This document shows, piece after piece, positions 54,128-64,000 of a stretch of DNA of 64,000 bases. The DNA comes from Paramoeba atlantica (Eukaryota > Protista > Discosea): positions 310,001 through 374,000 of the forward strand of contig CDRNVI010000049.1 of NCBI GenBank assembly GCA_977017575.1, read 5' to 3'. The translations under genes and the position numbers were made by a program. Under the pieces are notes generated by a model. The model was not told the DNA's origin. It made no database searches and saw only the letters and a list, made by a program, of their open reading frames with translations. Each line of letters opens with the position of its first letter. The first letter of the stretch is position 1.

Positions 54128-54643
54128 TTAATACCGTCCTCTTCCCCTCCCTCTCCCCCGTCCTCTTCCCCTTCCACTCCTCGGAAAATACCCCCGCCTC
54201 CCCTCCTCCCCCTCTCCCCCCTCCTCTCCCCTCCGTGCCCCCCCTCCTCGTCCCCTTCCTCTCCCCCCTCGTCCCCTCCCCCTTCCTCTGGAACGGTTCG
54301 GCGCAACGAAACCCTCTTGCCACAAGGGCCCCTCATGCCCCTCTCTCCCCGCCTGCTCTTCGCCCCAAGGCTCTCCCTCCCTTCCCGCTGCTGTATTCCC
54401 TTGGTGTCCCCCAGAAGGGGGAGGAGGGGGAGGGGGAAGGCCAGCATCGAGCTGCTGTATCACATGGACAATGTCACTCATGTCGAGTGCACGTCGTACC
54501 AGTGACACGAGATGGGGGACCAGGGGGGAGGGCTCGGGGAGGGGAGAGGGGAGACCGTGAGGAGGGGGAGGGGGAGGAGGGGGAGGTGGTCGTACAAAGG
54601 GGGGTCGTCGTCCACGAGAGGGGGGGTGGGGGTAGGGGGACAT
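54128..54643 (-). CDS. Possible Pro-rich / RG-repeat protein
   Basis: MSPYPHPPSRG...RGRGRGRGRGRY, 171 aa; lies in low-complexity DNA where several frames are open. Confidence 0.4.
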   Translation of the reverse strand: MSPYPHPPSRGRRPPFVRPPPPPPPPPPHGLPSPLPEPSPLVPHLVSLVRRALDMSDIVHVIQQLDAGLPPPPPPPSGGHQGNTAAGREGEPWGEEQAGREGHEGPLWQEGFVAPNRSRGRGRGRGGRGRGRGGGARRGEEGGEGEEGRRGYFPRSGRGRGRGRGRGRGRY

Positions 54644-54971
54644 GGAGTACGGTAGTTGGGGTAGGGCGTAGCGGGTTGGAAAGGTGTGAAAATGAGAGAA
54701 ATAGTGAAAAAAGGGGAAAATGTGGGAATGCTGAAAATTTGAGTTGTGTAAAGGTTGGGAAATGACATAGTTTCGTTTTTTTGTGAATATGGGGATGAAA
54801 AATAGGGGAGTGGGAGATCCAGTGGGAGGTATTCTTTGTGTTTGTGTGGGGAAGGTTTTCGGAAAATGGATGGTTAAAGGAAGTGTTGGATGAGAAGAGA
54901 TACAAGATATACCTGAATGGGATCGTTTGTTCAATGTTTGTGGAAATAGGTATATAAGGGTGCTCATAGCC

Positions 54972-55910
54972 CTAAAAACGATAAGTGTTATTACAGAGTT
55001 CATGTGATGCGTTCCAGGCAAGAGATAAAAGAAGCTTATTCCATCCTTCATCGGATGTTAAACACGTCGCAGAAGGTGAGCCGCCAGCAGGATTCCGGCG
55101 CTGAAATCTCGACCCTGACCGACATGTCGGTCTTTTTTGTGAGGGCAGAGCATCGATCAATGGCGCTTTCTTATGCGCCAGATCGCGACGTAGGCAATCG
55201 TAGCAGTACAACAAGTAAGCCACGTCTGTACATGCGTATTCAATCATTTCTTGGGGTAAAGGACGAAGAGTCCAATCCCAGCGAGCCATATGCTTTTCCA
55301 CTTGAAATGAACAATAATGTGAAAGAAGGTGAGCGAGACCTGTTTTGTTGTGATGAAGCAGACGAAGTGCGTTTGATGTGTCAAATAAATTACATACAAA
55401 GATGTCAAAGTCTCGCTGAAGCCATTTCAAATCGTGGCGTGGGTCATGCGCCACTTTTACTATTCGTGGATTAAGAAAGGGTAAGCGAAGACGAGGAATC
55501 AGCGAGTCGGGTGAAAGAGCATCAAGTAGAAACACTTGGTTCCGTACAGCAATTTGTAAAAGACAACAGCGCTCGCCTGATTCATCGGTGTTATGCTCTA
55601 CGTCAAAGGCGAATTCCTGGCAAGTGTCCAGCACATCAAGCAAATCGCCCATACTTTCGCGAGATGTGATAATTTCTGGAAAAGTTGTAAGGGGTAGTAC
55701 CGTAGAAACTTCGATGGGAATCTCAGTGTGCACGGATATACGATTGAGCCTTTGGACGTAAAAGTTTCGAAGAATTTGACCTGCTCTCGAAACCAAATCA
55801 GGCGAAGCAGTAGTAGTGCAGCGTTTAGTATCCCATGGTTTAGTGTCCCATACTGAATGAAACTTCGTAGCATGTGGTCGCAAACGCGCTGAATTCAGCA
55901 AACGAATCAT
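54972..55910 (-). CDS. RRP6/RNase D-like DEDDy 3'-5' exonuclease, compact
   Basis: AFDVEH, CLLQIA, IVKVAH..DLKWLQRDF, NLFDT, DWTLRPLPQEMIEYACTDVAYLL. Confidence 0.85.
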   Translation of the reverse strand: MIRLLNSARLRPHATKFHSVWDTKPWDTKRCTTTASPDLVSRAGQILRNFYVQRLNRISVHTEIPIEVSTVLPLTTFPEIITSRESMGDLLDVLDTCQEFAFDVEHNTDESGERCCLLQIAVRNQVFLLDALSPDSLIPRLRLPFLNPRIVKVAHDPRHDLKWLQRDFDIFVCNLFDTSNALRLLHHNKTGLAHLLSHYCSFQVEKHMARWDWTLRPLPQEMIEYACTDVAYLLYCYDCLRRDLAHKKAPLIDALPSQKRPTCRSGSRFQRRNPAGGSPSATCLTSDEGWNKLLLSLAWNASHELCNNTYRF

Positions 55911-56206
55911 GTTATATCGTGAATTTTCTCGAGCACTATCTGTTAAGCGACATACGGCAATATTCTTCTGCCGCTTTTTTTGTTAGCATTAATCAAGAAA
56001 AATAACTTCTGCCTAATTCGTTTACTTCCAGTACCATTACCAGCAATGATGTTTCATTTATAAATGTAAATCCAAGGTGTCTGCCAATACATGGGAGTTC
56101 AGTCTTTTATACACTCATTGATTCCTACAAATAGTACTCAGTAAATCTTCATCGAAGACGTTTATTCAAGTAGCTTTGGAATGTTCTTTAATTTCACGAC
56201 GAATTA

Positions 56207-56517
56207 CCGTATACCCCCCAGTAACAGAATCGATTTCGGACCAAAATGGCCAAATCCTTGTTACTGGGGAGTGTGCTCTTTCGGTTGGCAGTGGCCTTTT
56301 TTGTTCATGAGTGCGCTGATTTTCCGTCCAGCCCAACCCCGCAACTACGCCATTCGCTCCCGCGCAACCACCCTCACCCAGCCCAGCTACCCCCACCCGC
56401 CCAAACGCCCCCTCCCCCCTCTAACCACCCTCCCGAGCCAAATGCTTGCTACTGGGGATCAGCCCAAAAATGGTCAAATCTCTGTTACTCGGGGGTCTAT
56501 TACTGGGGGGTATACGG
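56207..56517. mobile_element. 311-bp MITE with TA target duplication
   Basis: Perfect 18-bp TIR CCGTATACCCCCCAGTAA; TA at 56205-06 and 56518-19; internal direct repeat CCAAAA(A)TGG.CAAATC..TGTTACT. Confidence 0.93.
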
Positions 56518-56875
56518 TAGTTGGAAAATAAGCTGGAGAACACGCCTTGTAATAGGATACACACCATAAAACATGAAACTTCTCATTGGAAAGGCACGGA
56601 CTTGTTCAATCCAGGAAATATGCTCAAATGCCTACGATTGTTGTTTTCATCGAAAAGAACAGGAAAAGAACATCGAAAAGAACATGGAAACTTCGGACAA
56701 TCATTCGTCCATGGACTCTATGAAGTAGCTTTAACTCCGCAGCGCTAAGGCCATCATTTGTTACGCTGCTCTCCGAGTGTGACTGCCTGTTATCCTCAAG
56801 CCTGACAGTATGTTAAGAACTTGAAGAGTTGGAATGGCTTTCGCTATTCTTCTTCAGTGGTTCTACATCGAGCAA

Positions 56876-57460
56876 TTATGTTAACTCCTGCTCCATGGTA
56901 TGATCCGATGAATCAGATTTTCCTATAGCGTTGGATATTTGCGTTGTCCATTTAGATTGATGGTCAAATGTTTGATCTCCGTACATCGCTACTTTGCCTT
57001 CAGGCAGAAAAGAATTCGGAAGAGTCTCCTTAAAAGTTTCCACTCGAGCCACAAGTCGGTCCTTGTATAACTCATATAACTCTCCACGCAGAAATTTAAG
57101 TCTTAATTTTTGATAATTTTCTTCGCTGTTCTCCCTGCGAAAGCATGCATTGAGTACATCACGTTGAGGCATGCATTCTGCTGCTTCATGAAAAAGCTTT
57201 TCTTCGGCACACTTCTCTAAATCCTGAACGGCACCCATGCAATTGCGGTGCGCGTTTTCCTTCATTCTTGTTATGATTCCATTGTGAATGCGATTTTGAA
57301 CTTTGCGCATAAGATGAGGTGGAAAACGCTCTGCCAAGTCGTCTAATTCTCTCGCAAGTTCCTCTGTTATTTCGTCATATCCATGAGATCCTGATTTGTC
57401 AGAATATGTCATCCGATGCAGTTGTGCAATAAAAGAATTAGAACTGATTTTAGAGGACAC
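56876..57460 (-). CDS. Twin CX9C protein (Cmc1-like COX assembly factor)
   Basis: CMGAVQDLEKC and CMPQRDVLNAC in a 194-aa ORF. Confidence 0.7.
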   Translation of the reverse strand: MSSKISSNSFIAQLHRMTYSDKSGSHGYDEITEELARELDDLAERFPPHLMRKVQNRIHNGIITRMKENAHRNCMGAVQDLEKCAEEKLFHEAAECMPQRDVLNACFRRENSEENYQKLRLKFLRGELYELYKDRLVARVETFKETLPNSFLPEGKVAMYGDQTFDHQSKWTTQISNAIGKSDSSDHTMEQELT

Positions 57461-57688
57461 GAAAAGATTAATGCTAGCAATGAGATAAACCTTGGTTTAT
57501 CCAATGGACAATGGCCTACTTGTATGAATGTCTCATTTAAATTTTGAAGAACAGTCCCTGTTCTGTAAACTATCTAAATAATCCGAAAGTTCTAAACGTA
57601 TAGCTAATGAATACATTCATTTTCTCGTACAAGTGGTTAGGAACGACATCAATCATCGACACAACTAAATATAAAGCGTGCAGAAAAA

Positions 57689-60600
57689 CTAGACGTAGAT
57701 ACTTGTGAGTTTCTGTATGACCGATGAAGTCTCCTCAGTAATGATACCCTCAGTTGAAGCTAGATGACTTGAGTGCAAGACTTCTGAAGCCAGGACGGCA
57801 TTTACAAAAATTTTAGCACACCTGGGATCACATGCTACTGATTCATTCAAATAAACCGTGCGGTAGTGATTGGCAAGTTGCTCAAAAAGTGAAGGATTAA
57901 AAGTTGATTCTTTGTTGCTAAGATGCTTTTGTCCAATCACGACGAAAGTGGAGAGAAACCCAGGAAGATCCAGCTTCAGGTAGTTAAAGGTTAAGTCACT
58001 CGGAAGCGTTCGATCTCGACGAAGGCTTATCATATACTGCAGCGCGGCGTCATACAACCCGGAAACCTCCTTGTAATGTAAAGAACTCTGATGTAGATGG
58101 AGGAATAAGTCAACAAGAGGCTCAAAGCCACCAGGACCGTGTGATTGTGAAGCACATAGTGCGGTGGCTCGTAACACAATCTCACTCAGTGGTAAACCGT
58201 AGAGTCCATACAATTCAGTAGATCTCACAAACTCTCCCCCGCGCAGTAATTTGACAGCAACTTGTTTTACCGTAGTGGAGGCTGTGTTCGCCTCGTTCAA
58301 CCACGGAAGCAGGTCATGTATTTTTGAAAAGTCGACGTCGGAGTGACAATCAGAATCCGTTTCCCCGTTGTTGGGGAAATCATCCATGAGACAACGAACA
58401 CATTCAATGAGAAAAAATTCGCGCTGGATTTCATGGCACGACTTGTGACCTAACGGGGTAAGGCGAAAAACAGATTCATGACTGCCCTCAGTACGAGAAA
58501 TAGCTTGTGCGGCTCTTTGCAGAGTATCATGTGCCGTGAGTAAGCAATCCATTGCCGAGTCAAAATCTCCAACTTCACAAAGTCGCCGGGCGGCATCGCG
58601 TAGTACCCTACCTGCCAACCCCGCATGAGTGTGATGTACCAAAACATCGTGTAGAAGAGTGATGACCGGAAGATACTTCCCCGAGTGACTGGGAGTTAGT
58701 TTTATATAAAATGTGTACATAGCCTCTGAAGCAATGGAGTAGAAGTGAGCGGTTGTGTTCTCAGAATTCTTATGTGTCAATTCTAATTTGTTCGGGCTAA
58801 AAAAATCATGAAAAATGAATCCACGCATGTCCTCTAGGGAAGCGCACTCCTCTAAAAACGTCTCTACGAAGATTCTAGCCAATTCCTTTCGAGAATGAGT
58901 CGTAAGTGCACTCTTCTCTTCATACGTCAGTAGTTGACCTGCTGTTTCAATACAAAAAAACACAGAGCTCGTTACTATGAGCGCATGGGCTCGTCGAAAT
59001 TCATGTTCTTGAATTAGCCGAACACAATAAGATGAGAAAGCGGCGTGCACGAGCTCTGGAAACGGAACAAAGCTTGCTTTCTCGATCTTTGCCGTAAGCA
59101 TTTCCATCATTACGTGTACGTCCGAAAGCGGCAACGTTGTTAAGCAGTTCCCATTAGCGTCACACTTAAAAATGAATTTGAGACAAAACTGTAGATAGGT
59201 TGCGGTGGCAACATTAAAGGCTTTTGTTTCTTTTGGATTTCCCCCGATATGGGTAACAATACATGCCCCATCATCCAAACATCCACGCGCTCGGGCCATC
59301 GAGTCTGCGTCTAAATAAAGCGACAAACACTCCCATTGTTGTTCAGACCCCCTGATTTCTTCTAGGAGGAGTGCTATCTTCACGAAATACGCCGCAGAGA
59401 GATGACTAATGCTAGCATTTCCAGACGACAAAACGCCTTGAAAATGCAGCAATTCGGGTCGATCATTCTTCCACACGTAGAGCCAATGTTGAAGTATACT
59501 TGGAGAAGAGTACTCTAGCAGATCCTTGGCCATAACTTCTGGATAGGATCCAACATTAACGGCACCTTCAAACCAGCGCGCCAGCAGATTGTGTGTTATG
59601 GGTGTGGGATAAGATGCATTGTGCTGCTGCTGAATAAGCTCTGGAGAGAGCAGAAGCACACTCTCGACACCGAGATGCCATTTCAGATAATGTAAAGAAA
59701 AGTCCAGATGGACATCGTGCAGATCTTGAAGGCTCGCATCAAGTAAAGGCAGAAACTGCAAAGCGAGAGCAAACAGAATTGCGTGGGCTTTGCAATTCGA
59801 AATCCTGTCCAAAACAAGTGCTTGAGCACATTCATGACCTGGGGAGTTCTGAAGAGGAATTTTGGGGTCTTCTGAAGATGCGCATAAAAATGAACGCCAT
59901 TGACCGATCGCTTCCCTGAAATTTACGGAATCGAACATGAAAATGTGCTTCCTCACTTCATGCAAGGTGCAATACGCCAGTCTTGCAAGGACTTTGGAAA
60001 GTCCTTTGCCTGAAGCATGATAAAGAAAGTTGGACAGGCCTTGCTCATGCATAATTGTATTGCTTAGAATATGTATCAGTGTATGCAGGCCGTACTTCGT
60101 TAATTCCGGGAGCTCAAGTTCGTTATCAAATTTAGCAACGGGGACCGTCACTAAACAATGAGGTGTTCGTGCTACTTCGGCATCTAGACACAATTCGGGG
60201 ACAATGTCGGTGTGTAACAGACAGTTACTTCCTGGAGCAAATGCACGTGGGCACGTTCTTTGACGGTCATCACTTTCTAAGGGCAGTAAATGAAATTCCA
60301 CGCTTGGGATAACCAAGGAAAGAAATTCTAACGATGAGATTTCCCCTGTTTGTCTCCGCAGCAAGTGTAGATCATTGGCCCTCGAAACCAACATTACAGA
60401 AATTCCATTTGCCCAGAACCCAATTTGTAACGGATACAGATCCCAAGAATTCGTCTGATCATGATCGGAATTCACCACTATGCCACACCGCCACGTCTCA
60501 TTGCCGCTTACTGTTTCCACAACAACATAACGTCTGATCTCGGTCTCCGCATATGAACTATCTGAAGACTCTGGTTCAAGTAAAGACGCTCTCCCATCGT

Positions 60601-61870
60601 ACAATACCCGTTTCGGGGACAAAATATCTATCTCAGAAAAGCAATCTACCTGAAAAAGAAGCCCCATACGCGAATGATCTTCTTCCCAAAGTGCTCGAGC
60701 ACCGACGAGTCTTGTACTAGCCACTGGTAGTATTATTACGCCAGAGAGCTCTACGCGAGTTACAAGTTCATTATTCTCTTCACGTTCAACAATTCTAAAC
60801 AAGTGCAGTTTTTGTAAGTCACAAATACCGAATAGGTCCCTTCCGACATGGATACAAGTGACAGCGTTGAGTTCTGGCGCTTCCGTAAGAGGGAAGTTAC
60901 CATGGACTTTAGCTTCCTCGTTTTCTGGAATATTCATAAGAATCAATTCCGGTCGGTCAGTAAGAGCCACAATATATGACTGTTTGAGAGATTCGTCAAC
61001 GATGGGGCACATAGTTACCACTTTAGATCCTGATTTGGTTACAGAATGCTCAGATTCTGTATCGCTAGAACGCCACAAATTTAGCCATTTCTTCAGCTTT
61101 TTTGCGGCGTTTTCAGATCGTCCGACAAGTTTTTCATACGCAGAGCAGGCTTGAAGCGAAGCTTTACGCTTTGACAAAGACAAGATGAATTCAGAAAGCG
61201 GACTTCGGCTAGTCGCATCAGAGTCGTGCAATAAAAATGATAGGCTTAGTTCTTTGTTCCTCTGACTCTTTTCACGGAGGAATCGCATTGAAATGTAGCC
61301 TCCATTGCGGGATGATTCACGTAACATGTCGTCCAATCGATATTCATTGTGAATCGAACACATAACTTCAGATGCTATGTCGACGATGAGCGGACAAGAT
61401 TTTTCTTGCACTCGAACAAGAAGCGTTACACATCGGTAGGGCGACGAAATTAAAAGTACGATTCTTATTATGTCAAAGCATCCCTCTTCCTGCTCGCCTT
61501 CAGCAGCCCCCGCAGCTTCTTGCAGTGAGACCCGAACACTACTACTCATCTCTCTTGGGTATTCGAATTTTGGTTTCATTGCACCAATCCCGCAGACGTA
61601 TGGGGCGTAAATGAGTAGATGAGACAGATTTTCGCAATTAGGCTTGTCTTCCGTAACAGTCAAATGAATCATAGAGTTTGCTATCCCATAATTGAGAGTG
61701 TAACCGTTGGCTGTGGAAATAGGAGTGTTAATGTAAGAAGCTGATTGCGAGGACATATTTCTGGACGCCACTTGCTCGTGAATAGAGTCCATACCCGTGC
61801 GATTCAGCTGACCATGGCTGTCCAATGCGTAGCTTTGTGCCCCTTTTAAACTTGGTACCCAATGTAACAT
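57689..61870 (-). CDS. Large beta-strand plus alpha-solenoid protein, possibly Nup160/Nup120-like
   Basis: 1393-aa ORF (coding essentially certain); beta-rich N-half, helical C-half; product guess rests on architecture only. Confidence 0.4.
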   Translation of the reverse strand: MLHWVPSLKGAQSYALDSHGQLNRTGMDSIHEQVASRNMSSQSASYINTPISTANGYTLNYGIANSMIHLTVTEDKPNCENLSHLLIYAPYVCGIGAMKPKFEYPREMSSSVRVSLQEAAGAAEGEQEEGCFDIIRIVLLISSPYRCVTLLVRVQEKSCPLIVDIASEVMCSIHNEYRLDDMLRESSRNGGYISMRFLREKSQRNKELSLSFLLHDSDATSRSPLSEFILSLSKRKASLQACSAYEKLVGRSENAAKKLKKWLNLWRSSDTESEHSVTKSGSKVVTMCPIVDESLKQSYIVALTDRPELILMNIPENEEAKVHGNFPLTEAPELNAVTCIHVGRDLFGICDLQKLHLFRIVEREENNELVTRVELSGVIILPVASTRLVGARALWEEDHSRMGLLFQVDCFSEIDILSPKRVLYDGRASLLEPESSDSSYAETEIRRYVVVETVSGNETWRCGIVVNSDHDQTNSWDLYPLQIGFWANGISVMLVSRANDLHLLRRQTGEISSLEFLSLVIPSVEFHLLPLESDDRQRTCPRAFAPGSNCLLHTDIVPELCLDAEVARTPHCLVTVPVAKFDNELELPELTKYGLHTLIHILSNTIMHEQGLSNFLYHASGKGLSKVLARLAYCTLHEVRKHIFMFDSVNFREAIGQWRSFLCASSEDPKIPLQNSPGHECAQALVLDRISNCKAHAILFALALQFLPLLDASLQDLHDVHLDFSLHYLKWHLGVESVLLLSPELIQQQHNASYPTPITHNLLARWFEGAVNVGSYPEVMAKDLLEYSSPSILQHWLYVWKNDRPELLHFQGVLSSGNASISHLSAAYFVKIALLLEEIRGSEQQWECLSLYLDADSMARARGCLDDGACIVTHIGGNPKETKAFNVATATYLQFCLKFIFKCDANGNCLTTLPLSDVHVMMEMLTAKIEKASFVPFPELVHAAFSSYCVRLIQEHEFRRAHALIVTSSVFFCIETAGQLLTYEEKSALTTHSRKELARIFVETFLEECASLEDMRGFIFHDFFSPNKLELTHKNSENTTAHFYSIASEAMYTFYIKLTPSHSGKYLPVITLLHDVLVHHTHAGLAGRVLRDAARRLCEVGDFDSAMDCLLTAHDTLQRAAQAISRTEGSHESVFRLTPLGHKSCHEIQREFFLIECVRCLMDDFPNNGETDSDCHSDVDFSKIHDLLPWLNEANTASTTVKQVAVKLLRGGEFVRSTELYGLYGLPLSEIVLRATALCASQSHGPGGFEPLVDLFLHLHQSSLHYKEVSGLYDAALQYMISLRRDRTLPSDLTFNYLKLDLPGFLSTFVVIGQKHLSNKESTFNPSLFEQLANHYRTVYLNESVACDPRCAKIFVNAVLASEVLHSSHLASTEGIITEETSSVIQKLTSIYV

Positions 61871-62034
61871 TTGAGTATCAGTTCGTTTTGTGTAAGTAGG
61901 GAAAAAGGAAAGAAAGCTTCTGTGCGTAGGATACAGATAAATGTAGATCGTACAGCTTGATTTAAAACGTACCGATACATGCTCAACGTAAAAATTCTCT
62001 AGTTTTTTACTCTAATTAAGATACGTGGAAGTCC

Positions 62035-63996
62035 CTATTTGCTGGAAACCATAGTATGCATGTGCAAGACAGGCTTGATTTGTAGTTTATTTTTCAAAAC
62101 AGCTTCCCTGGCTAAATCTCTCGTCACAAAAACAATGCGCTTGTGAATGTTCTTGATAGCATTGAATAAAAGGAGAGAGGCTTTGATATCTGAAAAACTA
62201 AATAGAATTTCATGGTGGGGTACACTGGCAGGAACATTTTTATGAGACAGATTGCAATAAAAAGCTTCAAAAACACCTGATGGTGGTAAAATACGGAACC
62301 ATTCGTGCTCGAGCGCTAAATTCAATACCTCACGTGCAGTGCTGTTTGCACTGCTGTTTTGAGTATCCGATTTCAGGGGACTTTTGTCGGATAGCAATTC
62401 ACCAAGGCTTGTGAAGGGAATTAGGGCAACTCCCCCGTCCCGCTTGTGGTACTCAGACATAACACGGACGAAACCCTTCCGCAAGTGAGGATGTGTTAAA
62501 GAAAACACAGCCGTCGAATCGAGCAAAACAAGAGTGGCCTTGTTGTTTGAGGATAAACATAATCCTTGATAGAACTCAATTTCGCTTCTAACGGTAAATG
62601 CATGGATACGATTTATAACGTTCTGCGTACTAGTCAACAGAGGCTTAGATTCGCCAAAGCCGGGCTCGTAGAAAGTGGTGAGGAATGTGGCAAATAGTTG
62701 GGTAGATACCTCAGAAACTGAGCGTACGAAGTTAACATCCATTTCGGACACTTCCGGTACCATGAATTTACTTGTATGATAGTTGAAAAGATCTGCGTTT
62801 ATTGCACAGTCGTCAACTGATAAGGCGCCAAATTGCAGAATGAGCTTCAGTAGAGCAAGTAGTTTATGTAAAGTGTGGTCAAACTCTGAGCACGTGTGTA
62901 ATGCATTGGATAGAACAGCCTGAAATTTGTGATCTGCTAACTGTTGCCCATGCCGCGCAATCATTTCGGCAAATAGAGCAAGAAAAAGGTCAGGCTCGTG
63001 ATCTGATAAGCAGGGTAAGACAGTTTCTCTTATTTCTTTGCAAAGTTCAGGTTCAAACGTACAAGTTAGGTGCAAAATTTCTTCGTATGTGCGAGTGGTA
63101 GTTCGTTCCATAGCACGTGATGCCGTGAATATAGCAAATGAATATAGCAGAACTTTGACATTACCATTAGCATTAAGTCGAGCAAAATTCAAAATAAGAC
63201 ACACTACTTCAGGACAAAATAGCTCAGATTTCTTACTATTCGCGGTAGATAACATAGAAACGCAATGGCGAAGTTTAGTTTGCGGGTCAAAACGTGGGTT
63301 CTCCAATATGCTCGAAACAAATGAAATGTATGAAGCGCACTCCACACCAACAACTGATCCATCCTTGAACACTGCAATAGCTTCTTCAATCATTCCATTC
63401 TTAAACAGGTATTCAACATATTTCATGTAGGTGATGCACAGCAAATTTGGTGAGGATTCGCGGATTAATTGATAAAAGTCTCGTGGGCAACTTACTGGAA
63501 AGGGTGGTTCGCACGAGCTGAGACACTCTTCAAACAATAGTATCGTTAGATCGCTATTTGGTATCCGTTTATGGTCAAGTACGTAGCACACTGCTTGAAC
63601 GGTCATTTTACTCTCGTAAAGTAGAAGAAGAGAGGAGTCATAATCTTCCTTCGTCAAGGTAATATCAACCATTGACATTTCTTCGAAAAAGCGAATTATT
63701 GCATTCGCGTTCTTCTCATGAATCGCCTTGTACAGAACGTTGCGATAACAAGCATATGATGGAATGACATTTAGTGAGCTTAAAGCGTCTAAAATATTCA
63801 TTGAAGCAGAAAGCGATGTAATCTTCTTTAGGCAAGTTAAAGCTTCGAAACGACGCTGCGCACATTCTTCGTAGCTATCGGGGATATTTGTGCCATCAAT
63901 ACTGATCGGGACAATACGATAGGGCTCTTCATTCACAGAGGTTATGTATCGCAGCTTTCGTGGGGCAAGGTCACGCTCGGGAAGCGTTCTACCCAT
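62035..63996 (-). CDS. PPR-like repeat protein with C-terminal PIN-like domain
   Basis: 653 aa; PSYACYRNVL..ANAIIRFFEEM, ITYMKYVEYLFKNGMIEEAIAVF; LVLLDST, IPFTSLGEL, IVFVTRD; may extend past the window edge. Confidence 0.6.
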   Translation of the reverse strand: MGRTLPERDLAPRKLRYITSVNEEPYRIVPISIDGTNIPDSYEECAQRRFEALTCLKKITSLSASMNILDALSSLNVIPSYACYRNVLYKAIHEKNANAIIRFFEEMSMVDITLTKEDYDSSLLLLYESKMTVQAVCYVLDHKRIPNSDLTILLFEECLSSCEPPFPVSCPRDFYQLIRESSPNLLCITYMKYVEYLFKNGMIEEAIAVFKDGSVVGVECASYISFVSSILENPRFDPQTKLRHCVSMLSTANSKKSELFCPEVVCLILNFARLNANGNVKVLLYSFAIFTASRAMERTTTRTYEEILHLTCTFEPELCKEIRETVLPCLSDHEPDLFLALFAEMIARHGQQLADHKFQAVLSNALHTCSEFDHTLHKLLALLKLILQFGALSVDDCAINADLFNYHTSKFMVPEVSEMDVNFVRSVSEVSTQLFATFLTTFYEPGFGESKPLLTSTQNVINRIHAFTVRSEIEFYQGLCLSSNNKATLVLLDSTAVFSLTHPHLRKGFVRVMSEYHKRDGGVALIPFTSLGELLSDKSPLKSDTQNSSANSTAREVLNLALEHEWFRILPPSGVFEAFYCNLSHKNVPASVPHHEILFSFSDIKASLLLFNAIKNIHKRIVFVTRDLAREAVLKNKLQIKPVLHMHTMVSSK

Positions 63997-64000
63997 TTTT

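Noticed and set aside
54025-54905. Multiple alternative ORFs over the low-complexity island
   Set aside because: Same stop-codon depletion; only the minus RG-rich frame is kept, at low confidence

Overview
Intron-less eukaryotic DNA from a kinetoplastid: it carries an RNA-editing TUTase closely resembling trypanosome RET2. The compact layout suggests a Perkinsela-like genome, but that assignment is inference. About 21 host genes all lie on the minus strand as one directional cluster: TCAIM-like, two helical-repeat+PIN proteins, glutaredoxin-like, RET2, frameshifted REV1, SHOCT/PUB, MFS, LRR, SMP, RAD50, Era, alpha/beta hydrolase, Deg protease, RRP6-like exonuclease, twin-CX9C protein, Nup160-like and several unknowns. 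The cluster is interrupted by a ~17.5 kb nested transposon island (15.87-33.5 kb). Its outer element has perfect 27-bp TIRs and TA flanks (15931-32349). Inside it is a hAT-like element holding an RLE-type (CRE/SLACS-like) retrotransposon; that retrotransposon has a 2A-like GCIEANPGP motif and a MITE inserted in its endonuclease PD motif. The island also holds a gag / APE-endonuclease / tyrosine-recombinase / RT-RNaseH module with a candidate -1 frameshift signal, and a PIF/Harbinger/ISL2EU-type element with an intact DDE transposase and 10-bp repeat arrays. Merlin remnants and TA-flanked MITEs occur elsewhere. Three GC-rich islands inside or over host genes show the same C-rich to G-rich skew flip. 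All family calls come from motifs recognised by eye; no searches were run.
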